Shown in pieces: positions 17,721 to 27,345 of a stretch of DNA of 50,038 nt; position 1 is the stretch's first letter; every line of letters begins with the position of its first letter. The translations under genes were made by a program, and so were the position numbers. The stretch covers positions 1 to 50,038 of the forward strand of contig JBGPGA010000003.1 of assembly GCA_041483635.1 (NCBI GenBank), in the 5' to 3' direction. The DNA is from Thermoplasmata archaeon. GTDB lineage: Archaea > Thermoplasmatota > Thermoplasmata > RBG-16-68-12. The notes beneath the pieces were generated by a model that saw only the letters and a list, made by a program, of their open reading frames with translations, was not told the DNA's origin and did no database searches.

Positions 17721-19517
17721 TTGCGAATCGCGGTTGTCTTCAAGGACCGGTGCCAGCCGAAGCGCTGCCATCTCGAATGCATCGCCTTCTGCCCCCCGCA
17801 GCGAACCGGAACGGAGGTAATCTGGATCGACCCGTAGACGGCGAAGGCCACGATCAGCGAAGAGACATGCATCGCATGCGGGATCTGCGTGCGCAAATGT
17901 CCGTTCGACGCGATCCGGATCATCGGCCTCCCCGAGGAACTCAAGGAGGACTTGGTCCACCAGTACGGCAAGAACGCCTTCCGCCTGTTCCGACTCCCCG
18001 TCCCGAAGAAGGGTTCCGTGATCGGTCTGCTCGGCCCGAACGGGATCGGGAAGACGACCACGGTCGGCATCCTGAGTGGGGAGACCGCGCCCAACCTGGG
18101 TCACTACCGACGGAAGAAGCCGCACTGGGACGAGGTGCTCGACTACTTCAAGGGCACCGAGCTCCACGACTACCTGGAGAAGATTTCCGCTGGAGAGCTG
18201 AAGACGGCAATCAAGCCTCAATACGTGGACCGCCTCAACAAGGTCTACAGTGGCCGGGTGCGGAACCTCCTCGCCAAGATCGACAAGGGCGGTCGTCTCG
18301 ATTCCCTGATGGATCCGCTCGGCCTCCCGAGCTTCATCGATCGGGACATCGGCCAGCTCTCAGGTGGCGAGTTGCAGCGTGTGGCGATCGCAGCGACGAT
18401 GCTCAAGGATGCGGACGTCTACTTCTTCGACGAGCCGTCCTCCTACCTGGACATCTACCAGCGCCTCCAGGTCGCGAAGGTCATCCAAGGCCTGGCGAAG
18501 GAGAAGTACGTCGTCGTGGTCGAGCACGACCTCGCCGTCCTCGATTTCCTCGCGGAGACGGTGTATCTGATGTACGGGTCCGAGGGAGCGTACGGGATCA
18601 TCGCCGAGCCGCGGCCCGTCCGCACCGCGATCAACGTCTACCTGGGCGGCTATATGAAGGAGGAAAACATCCGCTTCCGGGATCGCGAGATCCGGTTCGA
18701 GTCTCGGCCGCCCCGCGGGGCCTGGAAGGCCGAGACGCTCGTCACCTTCGACGCGCTCACCAAGCGCTACGAGAACTTCGAGCTGACCGTGCAGCCCGGC
18801 AAGCTGCGGAAGGGCGAGGTCGTCGGTGTCGTCGGCCCTAACGCGACGGGCAAGACGACCTTCGTCAAGATGCTCGCGGGCGAGGAGACGCCGACCTCGG
18901 GGACCGTCCAGGGAAAGTGGCAGGTGTCCTACAAACCGCAGTATCTCGAGTCCGCGTACGAAGGGACCGTGCGCGACCTCTTCCAGACCGCAATCGGGAA
19001 GAAAACGGAATCGGGCTACTTCGACACGGAGATCCTCGAGCCGCTCAAGGTGAAGGGGATGCTCGAACGGGACGTGTCCACCCTCTCTGGAGGCGAGCTC
19101 CAGCGCGTCGCGATCGCGCTCTGCCTCGGCCGGGACGCGGACATCTACCTGATCGACGAGCCGTCCGCCTACCTCGATTCCAACCAACGCATGGAGGCCG
19201 CGCGGACCATCCGCCGGATCATGGAGCGCGAGGCCCGCACGGGGCTCATCGTCGACCACGACGTCTACTTCATCGACATGGTCTCGGACAGTATCATGGT
19301 CTTCTCGGGCGACCCGGGTCACACGGGCCTCGGCGAGGGACCGTTCCCGATGCGGGAAGGGATGAACCGCTTCCTCAAGATGGTCGGCATCACGTTCCGC
19401 CGCGACGCGGACACGAACCGCCCGCGGATCAACAAGCTCGACTCCCGCCTCGACCGCGAACAGAAGTCCTCCGGCGAGTACTACTACGCCGTCGAGGAAG
19501 CGGCGAATGCTCAGTGA
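17721..19517 (+). CDS. rli: Ribosome recycling ATPase ABCE1/Rli1, interrupted by an in-frame TAG at 17835-17837
   Basis: TTG 17721 gives MRIAVVFKDRCQPKRCHLECIAFCP..IWIDP*TAKATISEETCIACGICVRKCPFDAI, then two ABC domains (GPNGIGKTT, LSGGELQR twice) and TFRRD..RPRINK. Confidence 0.92.
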
Positions 19518-20785
19518 TCCTGATCGTCCGGTTCCCGCTCGATCTGGGCGACCGGGCGACCCAGGCCTTCGGAGATCGGTTCGCCGTCCTCGACGATTCG
19601 TTCCCCACGGAGATACACGGTCCGCGGGAAGATCCCCTCCGTGCCCTCGAACGGCGTCCACTCGCATTTGTAGCGCACGCGCCGGGGTGTGATTTTCACG
19701 ACGGCCCTCGCATCGACCACCACGAGGTCCGCGTCCCTGCCAACCTCGATGCGTCCCTTCGGGATTCCGATGATCTCGGCGGGTCGTGCCGCCATGGAAT
19801 GGACAAGCCGCTCTAGGGTGAGGCTTTCCGAGCGAACCTGCCGGAGGAGCAGCGGGAAGGCAGTCGCGACGCCCGGAAGTCCGGACGGCGCCTCCTCGAA
19901 GCGTTCCTCCTTTTCCTCCCTTGTGTGCGGCGCGTGGTCCGACGCCACGATGTCGACGCGGCCGGCCGCGAAGGCGGCCCAGAGGGCCTTTCGCTCCTCC
20001 GGAGGTCGCAAGGGCGGGTTCACTTTGCCGAACGCCTTGAGCGGTCGCGCGGTGTCCAAGAGGAGGTGGTGGGGCGTGGCCTCCGTCGTCACGCCTACGG
20101 GGACCGCGTCGAGGGCGTCCACGCACGTGACGTGCGCGACATGGATCGCCGCCTCCCCCCGTAATTCAGCGAGCGTCTGGATCGCGCTGACCTCCGATTC
20201 TTTCGGGCGGGCCTGCGAATGACCCGCCAAGGTCGCGGGTTCTCCCTGTCGGAAGTACGCGGCGTCCTCCGCGTGGGCGACGACCAGCTTGCCGCTTTCC
20301 GCGGAGACGCGGAGGACCTCGCCCAGCGTCGCTTCGTCGATCTGCAACCCTCCTGTGCTCTCGGCCATGTAGACCTTGAACGCCGTCGCACCGGAGAGAT
20401 GAGAGACGGCGTCCTCGGATCGCGGAGCGGCGAAGAGTCCGTAGTCGACCGTCGCCCGAGTCCGGAGGCGGCTCCATTTCGACCTAAGGGCCCCCGCGGT
20501 GGTCACGGCCGGACGCGTGTTCGGCATGTCGACGACGGTCGTCACGCCCCCCAGGGCCGCGGAGCGCGTCCCGCTCGGGAAGTCCTCCTTCTCCGTGAGT
20601 CCGGGATCCCGCATGTGGACGTGCATGTCCACGCATCCCGGAAGGATTAGCGCGTCACCATGGTCCTCGACATCCCCGGATCCGAGAACACGCTTGATCG
20701 CCGCGATCTTCCCTTCCTCGTCGACACCAATTTCCAAAGGCTCGATCCGGCCGCGGTAGTACACTCGTCCCCGGATCACGCGCAT
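19511..20785 (-). CDS. pyrC: Dihydroorotase-family cyclic amidohydrolase
   Basis: PGCVDMHVHMRDPG, GGVTTVVDMPNT, EATPHH, KVNPPLR and SDHAPH. Confidence 0.82.
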   Translation of the reverse strand: MRVIRGRVYYRGRIEPLEIGVDEEGKIAAIKRVLGSGDVEDHGDALILPGCVDMHVHMRDPGLTEKEDFPSGTRSAALGGVTTVVDMPNTRPAVTTAGALRSKWSRLRTRATVDYGLFAAPRSEDAVSHLSGATAFKVYMAESTGGLQIDEATLGEVLRVSAESGKLVVAHAEDAAYFRQGEPATLAGHSQARPKESEVSAIQTLAELRGEAAIHVAHVTCVDALDAVPVGVTTEATPHHLLLDTARPLKAFGKVNPPLRPPEERKALWAAFAAGRVDIVASDHAPHTREEKEERFEEAPSGLPGVATAFPLLLRQVRSESLTLERLVHSMAARPAEIIGIPKGRIEVGRDADLVVVDARAVVKITPRRVRYKCEWTPFEGTEGIFPRTVYLRGERIVEDGEPISEGLGRPVAQIEREPDDQDH

Positions 20786-20789
20786 GGTC

Positions 20790-21401
20790 TCAGGCCAGCT
20801 TCCGTCGCACGATCGCGCCGCGGGGTTCGACTTCCTCGAAGATCTCCGTCTGGAACTTCTTCACGCGTGTCGAGTCCTCGAGCCACGCGTCCGGCATGAG
20901 GCCCGCCTTCATGCAGCATTCGGAGAGGAACGTCTCGGCGTCCATGTGATGCTCCGTCGCCACCTGGGGAAGGAACAGTCCGCGGTACGCTCCTTGCGCG
21001 ACGACGATGCCGTCCTCCCCGAGGCGAATCTGCTTGGGAAGGTCCCGTTGCTTCTTCACCTCGATGGGCTGCGGCGGGGTGAGCAGGCTGACCTCGACCA
21101 CAATGTGCGGGAGCTCTTCAGCCGTAAGGGGCGGGAACCGCGGGTCTTCCGCGGCTCCCTCCGCGCTCTTCACGACGGCCTTCAGGAGCGGGAAGAACGG
21201 CTCCGGGTAGCCGATGCAACCCCGTAGCTTCTCGAAGGTATCCTCGATCCCGTGCTTGCTCAGGGTGACGAAGGCGCCCGCTTTCTCCTCGAAGGTCTTC
21301 GGCACGACGAAAGAGCGCATCGCCCGGTCCTCGACGAATGCCTCGAGCGCCTCCCGGGCGATCTGCACCGCCAGGATTCCTTCCTGATCCGCGTAGCGCA
21401 T
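20790..21401 (-). CDS. AMMECR1-domain protein (TIGR00296 family)
   Basis: GAFVTL..LRGCIG, EDPRFPPL, VEVSLLT, GLFLPQVA and CMKAGL. Confidence 0.92.
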   Translation of the reverse strand: MRYADQEGILAVQIAREALEAFVEDRAMRSFVVPKTFEEKAGAFVTLSKHGIEDTFEKLRGCIGYPEPFFPLLKAVVKSAEGAAEDPRFPPLTAEELPHIVVEVSLLTPPQPIEVKKQRDLPKQIRLGEDGIVVAQGAYRGLFLPQVATEHHMDAETFLSECCMKAGLMPDAWLEDSTRVKKFQTEIFEEVEPRGAIVRRKLA

Positions 21402-21635
21402 CTTATCGGGGATGGGGTGTGCGTCAGTTAACGTTGTCGTACTGCGGCGACCGGCCACGTCGTCGGGGCCCGTCGCAAACCTTTTTACGACCCTGAAAAC
21501 GCAGCCGTCAGACCTTCTTGGCGGAGCGTCACCCACCCCGCTCGCCTGTCCCCACCATGCCCGCCCTCCGCGGCGGGCACTTTCCCAATTTTCTCGGGCG
21601 TGGTCATTATCTATCGATCGGGCCATCTTCGCAGT

Positions 21636-21818
21636 ATGGACATTCGGAAGGAATTCGAAGACATAGACTTGGCACGACTTGTCACACTGATCCGCAATCT
21701 CGAAGCGCTGACGGAATCCAACGTGGTTCGCAGGAACCCCAAATTATCAGACGCCGTCCAGCTCCTTTACAACCGCGCCGTGGAGGAGCTCGCTAGGAGG
21801 GCTAGGACCTTCGAGTGA
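21636..21818 (+). CDS. Small helical hypothetical protein (60 aa)
   Basis: MDIRKEFEDIDLARLVTLIRNLEAL...; protein-like amphipathic pattern; TTATCTAT about 28 nt upstream. Confidence 0.55.
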   Translation: MDIRKEFEDIDLARLVTLIRNLEALTESNVVRRNPKLSDAVQLLYNRAVEELARRARTFE

Positions 21819-22079
21819 CGCTCGTTTCGCGGCGGAGGACAGCCTCGAGAACCCTGCGTCCGCCCTCCGGGGCCGGCACCTTAGGTTTGCCTCCCGGGGC
21901 GATAGCAGTCCTTAGGGAAACCCCCGTCGGGAAGATCGGAACGATGGAGTTCGCTAGCCGGATGGAAATCGTCCGCGTCCATGAGTTGCGCAGCTTACGT
22001 GTGTAGTGGTTTGGCGACTTCGATTTCGCCGTAGTAAACCTTTTATCGACCCCGGTTGCTAGGTCGCTTTGGTAGAGGC

Positions 22080-22613
22080 ATGAGAGCGCGCGTCCCCATC
22101 GAGGAGATCATGAGCGGGAGTCCGATCACGATCCCGGCGGACGCCACCGTGGCGGAGGCCGCGGTGATTATGCGCGACAAGGAGATCGGCAGCTTGGTCG
22201 TGATCGAGAGAGGTCGACCCGCCGGGATCATCACGGAACGCGACATCGTCACGAAGGTCGCGGCTGGGATGAAATCCTCGGACCAGACGAGCGTCCGCGA
22301 GGTCATGTCCTCGCCCCTCGTGGCGGTCCATCCGCACCAGGAGGTCGCGGAGGCCGCGAAGGTCATGGCGGCCCGGAAGATCCGCCGGCTACCCGTGATC
22401 AAGGAAGGCAAGCTCGTCGGCATCCTCACGGAGAACGACATCATCCGCGTGTGGCCCCAGCTCATCGAGGTCACCCGGGAATGGGACCGCGCCGGGCTCG
22501 AGTCGCAGTTCGCGAAAGGCGTCGAAGGCCACTGCGAGGCGTGCGGCGTCTATTCGACCCATCTGGTCTGGGACCGGAACCTCCTCCTCTGCCCGGAATG
22601 CAGGAGCGGATAA
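22080..22613 (+). CDS. CBS-pair protein with a C-terminal Zn ribbon
   Basis: Two CBS repeats (GIITERDI, GILTENDI) and GHCEACG...LLCPEC. Confidence 0.9.
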   Translation: MRARVPIEEIMSGSPITIPADATVAEAAVIMRDKEIGSLVVIERGRPAGIITERDIVTKVAAGMKSSDQTSVREVMSSPLVAVHPHQEVAEAAKVMAARKIRRLPVIKEGKLVGILTENDIIRVWPQLIEVTREWDRAGLESQFAKGVEGHCEACGVYSTHLVWDRNLLLCPECRSG

Positions 22614-22657
22614 TCGCTAAGGAAAGTTTATAGGCCGTCTTCCGGCTTTCCGCCGCA

Positions 22658-23065
22658 GTGGCCCGCCTTGTCAAGATTTCTCAAGAGGAACTCGACTCCG
22701 TGCGCAAGCTCTACGAGAGCGTCATGTCGTACGCGTGCCACGGCCTCTTCTTCCGCGAAGGGATGGTCCTCGCGGATGAGATGGTCAAGACCCTGGCCTC
22801 GAGCCAGGACCCCCTCGCCGCGGGACGCCAGATGCTCCTCGACCGCGGCTGGGCCGAGGACGTACTCTTCACGGACTCGGGCGCCCGCGTCCACGGATCG
22901 ATCGAGGTCTCCCCGGGATCCGAGATGGAAACGTGCCACCGGATCCGCGGCATCCTCTCCAAGGTCCTCGAGGCGAAGACGAAGCAGCGCGTCCGGCTGA
23001 ACGAGGTCGAGTGCGTGAGCACGGGGGCCAAGGAGTGCGTCTTCGAGCGGGAGGCGGGCACGTGA
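22658..23065 (+). CDS. V4R-like domain protein
   Basis: GLFFREG, RGWA, CHRIRGILS and EVECVSTGAKECVF. Confidence 0.75.
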   Translation: MARLVKISQEELDSVRKLYESVMSYACHGLFFREGMVLADEMVKTLASSQDPLAAGRQMLLDRGWAEDVLFTDSGARVHGSIEVSPGSEMETCHRIRGILSKVLEAKTKQRVRLNEVECVSTGAKECVFEREAGT

Positions 23066-23418
23066 CGACAATAGAAGAAATGGTCCGAGCCCTGCGCGAT
23101 GTGACCCAGGCCGAGGCCGTCGCGGTCATCAATCGGGATGGAGGCATCGTCGCGGCCGCCCTCCCCCCATCCGTCTCCCCGGAGACCTTCTCTATCATGT
23201 GCGCCGCGATCCTGGGCGCCGGCATGACGGCGGCCACCGAGCTCCGACACGCCGCCCCGCACCGCGTCGTCCTGGAGTCCAAGGACGCGACGATCATGAT
23301 CGACGAAATCGGGCGACGTGCGATGCTCGTGCTCGTCGTAGCGCCCGAGCGGCCGACGGAGAACCTCGCCACCGCGATCGCGCGCTTCCGCCAAGCGGTG
23401 GAGAAGGACCTCAGCTGA
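23062..23418 (+). CDS. Roadblock/LC7-domain protein
   Basis: GTG 23062 overlaps the upstream stop; AVAVINRDGGIVAAALP..ETFSIMCAAILGAG. Confidence 0.85.
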   Translation: MTTIEEMVRALRDVTQAEAVAVINRDGGIVAAALPPSVSPETFSIMCAAILGAGMTAATELRHAAPHRVVLESKDATIMIDEIGRRAMLVLVVAPERPTENLATAIARFRQAVEKDLS

Positions 23419-23465
23419 CCGCTCCGTGGCAAGGATTAAGGCCGCGGTTCCGATGGGCGTGCCGC

Positions 23466-23538
23466 GGGCCCGTGGTCTAGTGGCTATGACGCGACTCTTA
23501 CAAAGTCGAGATCGTCGGTTCGATTCCGGCCGGGCCCA
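23466..23538 (+). tRNA. tRNA-Val (anticodon UAC)
   Basis: Acceptor stem GGGCCCG/CGGGCCC, anticodon arm CGACT-CTTACAA-AGTCG, T-loop GGTTCGATTCC; no encoded CCA. Confidence 0.95.
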
Positions 23539-23639
23539 CTCGACGGACCCCGCCTTCGAGAGTATCGCCCAAGTCCGTTCATATTGTTCGGGCGGCAACT
23601 TTAACGCCGAGCTGTCCGCTCGCTGAGGCGGGACATGCC

Positions 23640-23864
23640 ATGTGTCTGGGGATTCCTGCCCGGGTCGTATCCGTCGACGGCACGCATGCCGTGCTCGATT
23701 TGAGGGGTAGGAAAGTCATCGCCGATGCCAGCGCAGTCTCCGTTTCTCCGGGGGACTATGTCGTGACCTACGCCGGGCTGATCGTCCAGCTGCTCTCCCC
23801 GACGGAGGCCGAGGAGACCCTGGCCCTCCTGGATCAGGTCGAGAGAAGCGCACCCAACCCGTGA
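23640..23864 (+). CDS. hypC: [NiFe]-hydrogenase maturation chaperone HypC
   Basis: N-terminal MCLGIPARVV, GDYVV..AG and EAEETL. Confidence 0.92.
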   Translation: MCLGIPARVVSVDGTHAVLDLRGRKVIADASAVSVSPGDYVVTYAGLIVQLLSPTEAEETLALLDQVERSAPNP

Positions 23865-23908
23865 TGCGGCAAGGACGCTCGGGGCGAGTCCCGCATAAGA
23901 ACAGGGTC

Positions 23909-24139
23909 TCACATGGGCGCTTCGATCATCGTGATCGTCTGAAGCGTCCCCGGTGCCTTCCGGATTCGATTCCTGATGACCCTCGCCATGGTGACCGTGT
24001 CCGGCGCCTGTAGGGTTAGGATGTAGTCGTAGTCGCCGAAGAGGAAGTTGATCTCTTCGAGGCCCGTGATGTCATGAAACGCGTCGAGCGCCTCCCTCTC
24101 CTTACCCGTGGCGACTTTCACAAGCACAAACGCGCGCAT
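23909..24139 (-). CDS. Stand-alone Lrp/AsnC ligand-binding domain protein
   Basis: MRAFVLVKVATGKE..LFGDYDYI..IRKAPGTLQTITMI; no HTH. Confidence 0.85.
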   Translation of the reverse strand: MRAFVLVKVATGKEREALDAFHDITGLEEINFLFGDYDYILTLQAPDTVTMARVIRNRIRKAPGTLQTITMIEAPM

Positions 24140-24331
24140 CCACGGCCCCGGCCCGGGACCGTCGAAGGGCTACAAAGAGGTGACGTTGCGTCAGAACGTA
24201 CATGTCGTCAGTCGCCGTCCTCGCCGGATGGACGATGGCTTCGATTTCTCTCCTCAAGGCCGGACAGATCCGATCACGGCCCGCTTCGCTCGGTCAGATT
24301 GAACAAGGCTAGAGCGGCTTCCCCGACCTGG

Positions 24332-24619
24332 TCACCAGAGAGGCGCTTCCTCTTCGAGCGCCGCAGGGCGCACCACCGGCGACTCCGCCCCGTTGTTTCC
24401 CTCGATGAACGTAGCGGTGCGCTCCACGCCGGGGAGATGGCGGATGTGATTAGTCATCACCCTGGCCATTTCCTGGGGCGTCTCCGCCTCGACTTCGACG
24501 AGGTACTCGTACTCGTTGAAGAGGTAGAACACGTGACGCACTTGCTGGATGGAGCCCAGATTGCTGAAAAACTCGGGTTCCTTGCCCGCAGACACGTTGA
24601 GGAGAACGATGCCCCACAT
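24332..24619 (-). CDS. Stand-alone Lrp/AsnC ligand-binding domain protein (paralog)
   Basis: MWGIVLLNVSAGKE..LFNEYEYLV..IRHLPGVERTATFI; no HTH. Confidence 0.82.
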   Translation of the reverse strand: MWGIVLLNVSAGKEPEFFSNLGSIQQVRHVFYLFNEYEYLVEVEAETPQEMARVMTNHIRHLPGVERTATFIEGNNGAESPVVRPAALEEEAPLW

Positions 24620-25333
24620 GGAAATCGCCTTTGACTGTGCTCGGCTGTGCCTTCCTCGGTGGTAGGGATGTTATGGCGCTCCGTAGGGAAGGATATTTCC
24701 AATATATTCCTGTACAAAAGCCGCTCGAAAAAAATACTGAATGTACTTTGTCCCTCGAGACCTGGCCGCTCCGCCTTGTAGTGCGTCCCGTTTGGAGGTT
24801 TGGCGCGGACACAACCTGGGTGCTGCGCCCATTCCCCTCCATGCAGAGCCGGGATCATGGAGTCGATGCGCCGTTGTAGTGCTGTTTTGACCGTGTATGC
24901 TTCTTCAAGGACCCGCATGGGCAGAAGTGGACCCCTGGCCGATTGTCGGTGGGCTCTCTGTATATTCTCTGTTGACGGATTGCTATGGTATATCTTTCCA
25001 TCGATAATGTATAGAGAACGATGAAAGCGCCTGTGGGTTGTCAGCATTTGACATGCCCGAGCGGACGGAGAGTCCGCGGGTCCGCCGCGGAAACTCGGGA
25101 TTGCAGGGCTTGCACGGCGCCCTCTCAGGGTCTCATCGAATCCGAGTCGCGGGGAAGGTCGTCGTTCGCGGGCCTGGGACGCCGTGTACCGCCGCGCGTC
25201 GCCCAAGGCGGCTCGAGCGCGGAGGCCGGCATGTCCCTCGTCCTGTTGTCGGGCGCTTCGTGGCACCGCGCGCCCGTTGGGCGCGGACGCCGTCCAAATC
25301 TTGTCTTCACATGTACCTGGAGAGTGATGAATC

Positions 25334-26581
25334 GTGTCTGCGGAAACGTTGCTTGTGAACGTCGAAGAGCGAGGGACGGCGGGCGACGCCACCGACGAAT
25401 TCATGCGCCGCATGCTCAAGCTCCCGATGGGGGACAAGCTCTTGAGCTGCATCCAGTGCGGGATGTGCAGCGGGTCCTGTCCCCTCGGCTATGCCATGGA
25501 TTACACCCCTCGGAAGATGATTGCAGCCTTGCGGGCGGGTCGGGTGGACGACCTGTACCGAAGCGAAGCCATCTGGCTCTGTGTTTCCTGCTTCAACTGC
25601 TCGTACCGGTGCCCGGTCGGCGTGCCCATCACGGACCGCCTGATCGCCGGCCTGCGGGAGGAGCTGCTCGGTCGGGGCGTCGGAGTGCCGCCGGAGCTCC
25701 AGGCAGCCTTCGAGAGGACATCGCGGTATGGCAATCCTTTCGGGGAGTCCGCCAAGAAGCGGGACGCGTGGACCAAAGACGCCGGGGTCGAGGTGCCGGT
25801 GCTCCAGGACGGGGACTCGGCGGAGGTCCTGTGGTGGGTGGGATGCTTCGGCTCCTACAACAAGAGGAATCAGAAGGACACGATCGCCCTCGCACGGATT
25901 CTCCACGCCCTCGATATCGACTTCGGCATCCTGGGGACGGATGAACGCTGCAGCGGCGACCTCCGCTGCACGAGCCAGGGAGAGGAGGGTCTGTTCGACG
26001 TCCTGTATCATCACAACACTGAGCAACTGGGGAAGAGGAAGTTCAAAGAGATCCTCGTGGGAGACCCTCACGCGTTCAACGCGTTCAACAAGGAATACCG
26101 CCGCCTGGGCACGCCGCTTGACGTCAGTCACTACACGCAGTTCCTGGCGGAGCGGGCGCCCGAGCTGAAACGGCGCGCCAAGAAGGAGATTACCGCCAAG
26201 GTCGCCTACCACGACTCGTGTTGCCTCGGCCGACGGAACGGGGAGTATGAGGCACCCAGGGTCCTCCTCGAGACCATCCCTGGCGTAAGGCTTGTCGAGA
26301 TGCCTCGGAACCGGGAGAACGCTCTCTGTTGCGGCGGCGGGGGAGGCGCGAACTGGCTGGACAGCTATGTCTGGCAGCGCACTCGCGTGCCCCTCGCGAT
26401 GCAACGTGTGCAGGAGGCTGCGAAGACGGGCGCGGAGATTCTCGCGATCTCCTGCCCCCTCGAGGTCCCGCGCTTCGAGGACGCCATCAAGACCTCAGGG
26501 CTCGAGGGACGTCTCCAGGTCCGAGAGATCTCCCACATGCTGGCCGAGGCCGTAGGGCTCAACGGAGGGGTCCGGCCGTGA
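25334..26581 (+). CDS. HdrD-like Fe-S oxidoreductase (HdrC-like 2[4Fe-4S] domain plus CCG domains)
   Basis: CIQCGMCSGSCP, CVSCFNCSYRCP, YHDSC.LGR and CCGGGGG. Confidence 0.88.
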   Translation: MSAETLLVNVEERGTAGDATDEFMRRMLKLPMGDKLLSCIQCGMCSGSCPLGYAMDYTPRKMIAALRAGRVDDLYRSEAIWLCVSCFNCSYRCPVGVPITDRLIAGLREELLGRGVGVPPELQAAFERTSRYGNPFGESAKKRDAWTKDAGVEVPVLQDGDSAEVLWWVGCFGSYNKRNQKDTIALARILHALDIDFGILGTDERCSGDLRCTSQGEEGLFDVLYHHNTEQLGKRKFKEILVGDPHAFNAFNKEYRRLGTPLDVSHYTQFLAERAPELKRRAKKEITAKVAYHDSCCLGRRNGEYEAPRVLLETIPGVRLVEMPRNRENALCCGGGGGANWLDSYVWQRTRVPLAMQRVQEAAKTGAEILAISCPLEVPRFEDAIKTSGLEGRLQVREISHMLAEAVGLNGGVRP

Positions 26582-27345
26582 AGATCGCGGTGGTCCTCCG
26601 GCAGGTCCCCGACGTCGTCGAGGAACTCGTGATCGCCGACGACGGACGCAGTCTGGCCGAAGACGAAGTTGTGTGCATCACGAACGAAGCCGACGAGCAC
26701 GCGTTGGAGGAGGCGCTCATCCTGAAATCCCGCCAGGGGGCAAGGGTGACCGCGGTGGCCGCAGGCGGGGACGAGGCGAAGGATGCCTTGGCGACCGCCG
26801 TCGCGAAGGGGGCAGACGAGGCGGTCTTGGTCGCCGTCCCCTTCGAGCATCGAGGAGACAACGTGCGACTGGCCTCGGTCCTCGGCCCGGCGATGAAGTC
26901 GGCGGGATACGACCTGATCCTCACGGGAGTGTGGGCGGCAGATCAGATGGACGCCGGCCTGGCCGGTCTCCTCGCGATGCATCTCTCTCTTCCGTATGTG
27001 GGCGGCGTGATGTCCGTATCCTTGGAGCCGAGCGGCGCGAAAGGGCTCGTCCGCAAGGAATTCCCCGGCGGTCGTCTTGGAGTGATGGAGGTCTCCCTTC
27101 CCGCGGTCCTCGGAATCCAGTCGGCCGAACAGCCTCCCCGCTATGTTCCGGTGAGCAAGGTCATGCAGGCCAAGCGCACCTTGCAGGTGAAAGAGCAGGG
27201 CGAGCCTTCTTTGGTGGTTCAGGGGATCCGAGCCTCGAAGCTGATCAAGTCGGGCTCGGCCGCGAGGGCGGAGATGCTTCCCGGGGACACGAAGCAGGTT
27301 GCGGAGCAGATCGTCCGCATCCTCCGGGAGCGTGGTATCGCATGA
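26578..27345 (+). CDS. etfB: Electron transfer flavoprotein beta subunit
   Basis: MKIAVVLRQVPD, NEADEHALEEAL, DLILTG and PRY. Confidence 0.92.
   Translation: MKIAVVLRQVPDVVEELVIADDGRSLAEDEVVCITNEADEHALEEALILKSRQGARVTAVAAGGDEAKDALATAVAKGADEAVLVAVPFEHRGDNVRLASVLGPAMKSAGYDLILTGVWAADQMDAGLAGLLAMHLSLPYVGGVMSVSLEPSGAKGLVRKEFPGGRLGVMEVSLPAVLGIQSAEQPPRYVPVSKVMQAKRTLQVKEQGEPSLVVQGIRASKLIKSGSAARAEMLPGDTKQVAEQIVRILRERGIA

Noticed and set aside
21815-22006. 63-aa ORF between the orphan gene and the CBS gene
   Set aside because: No recognisable motif or coding-like composition; likely intergenic
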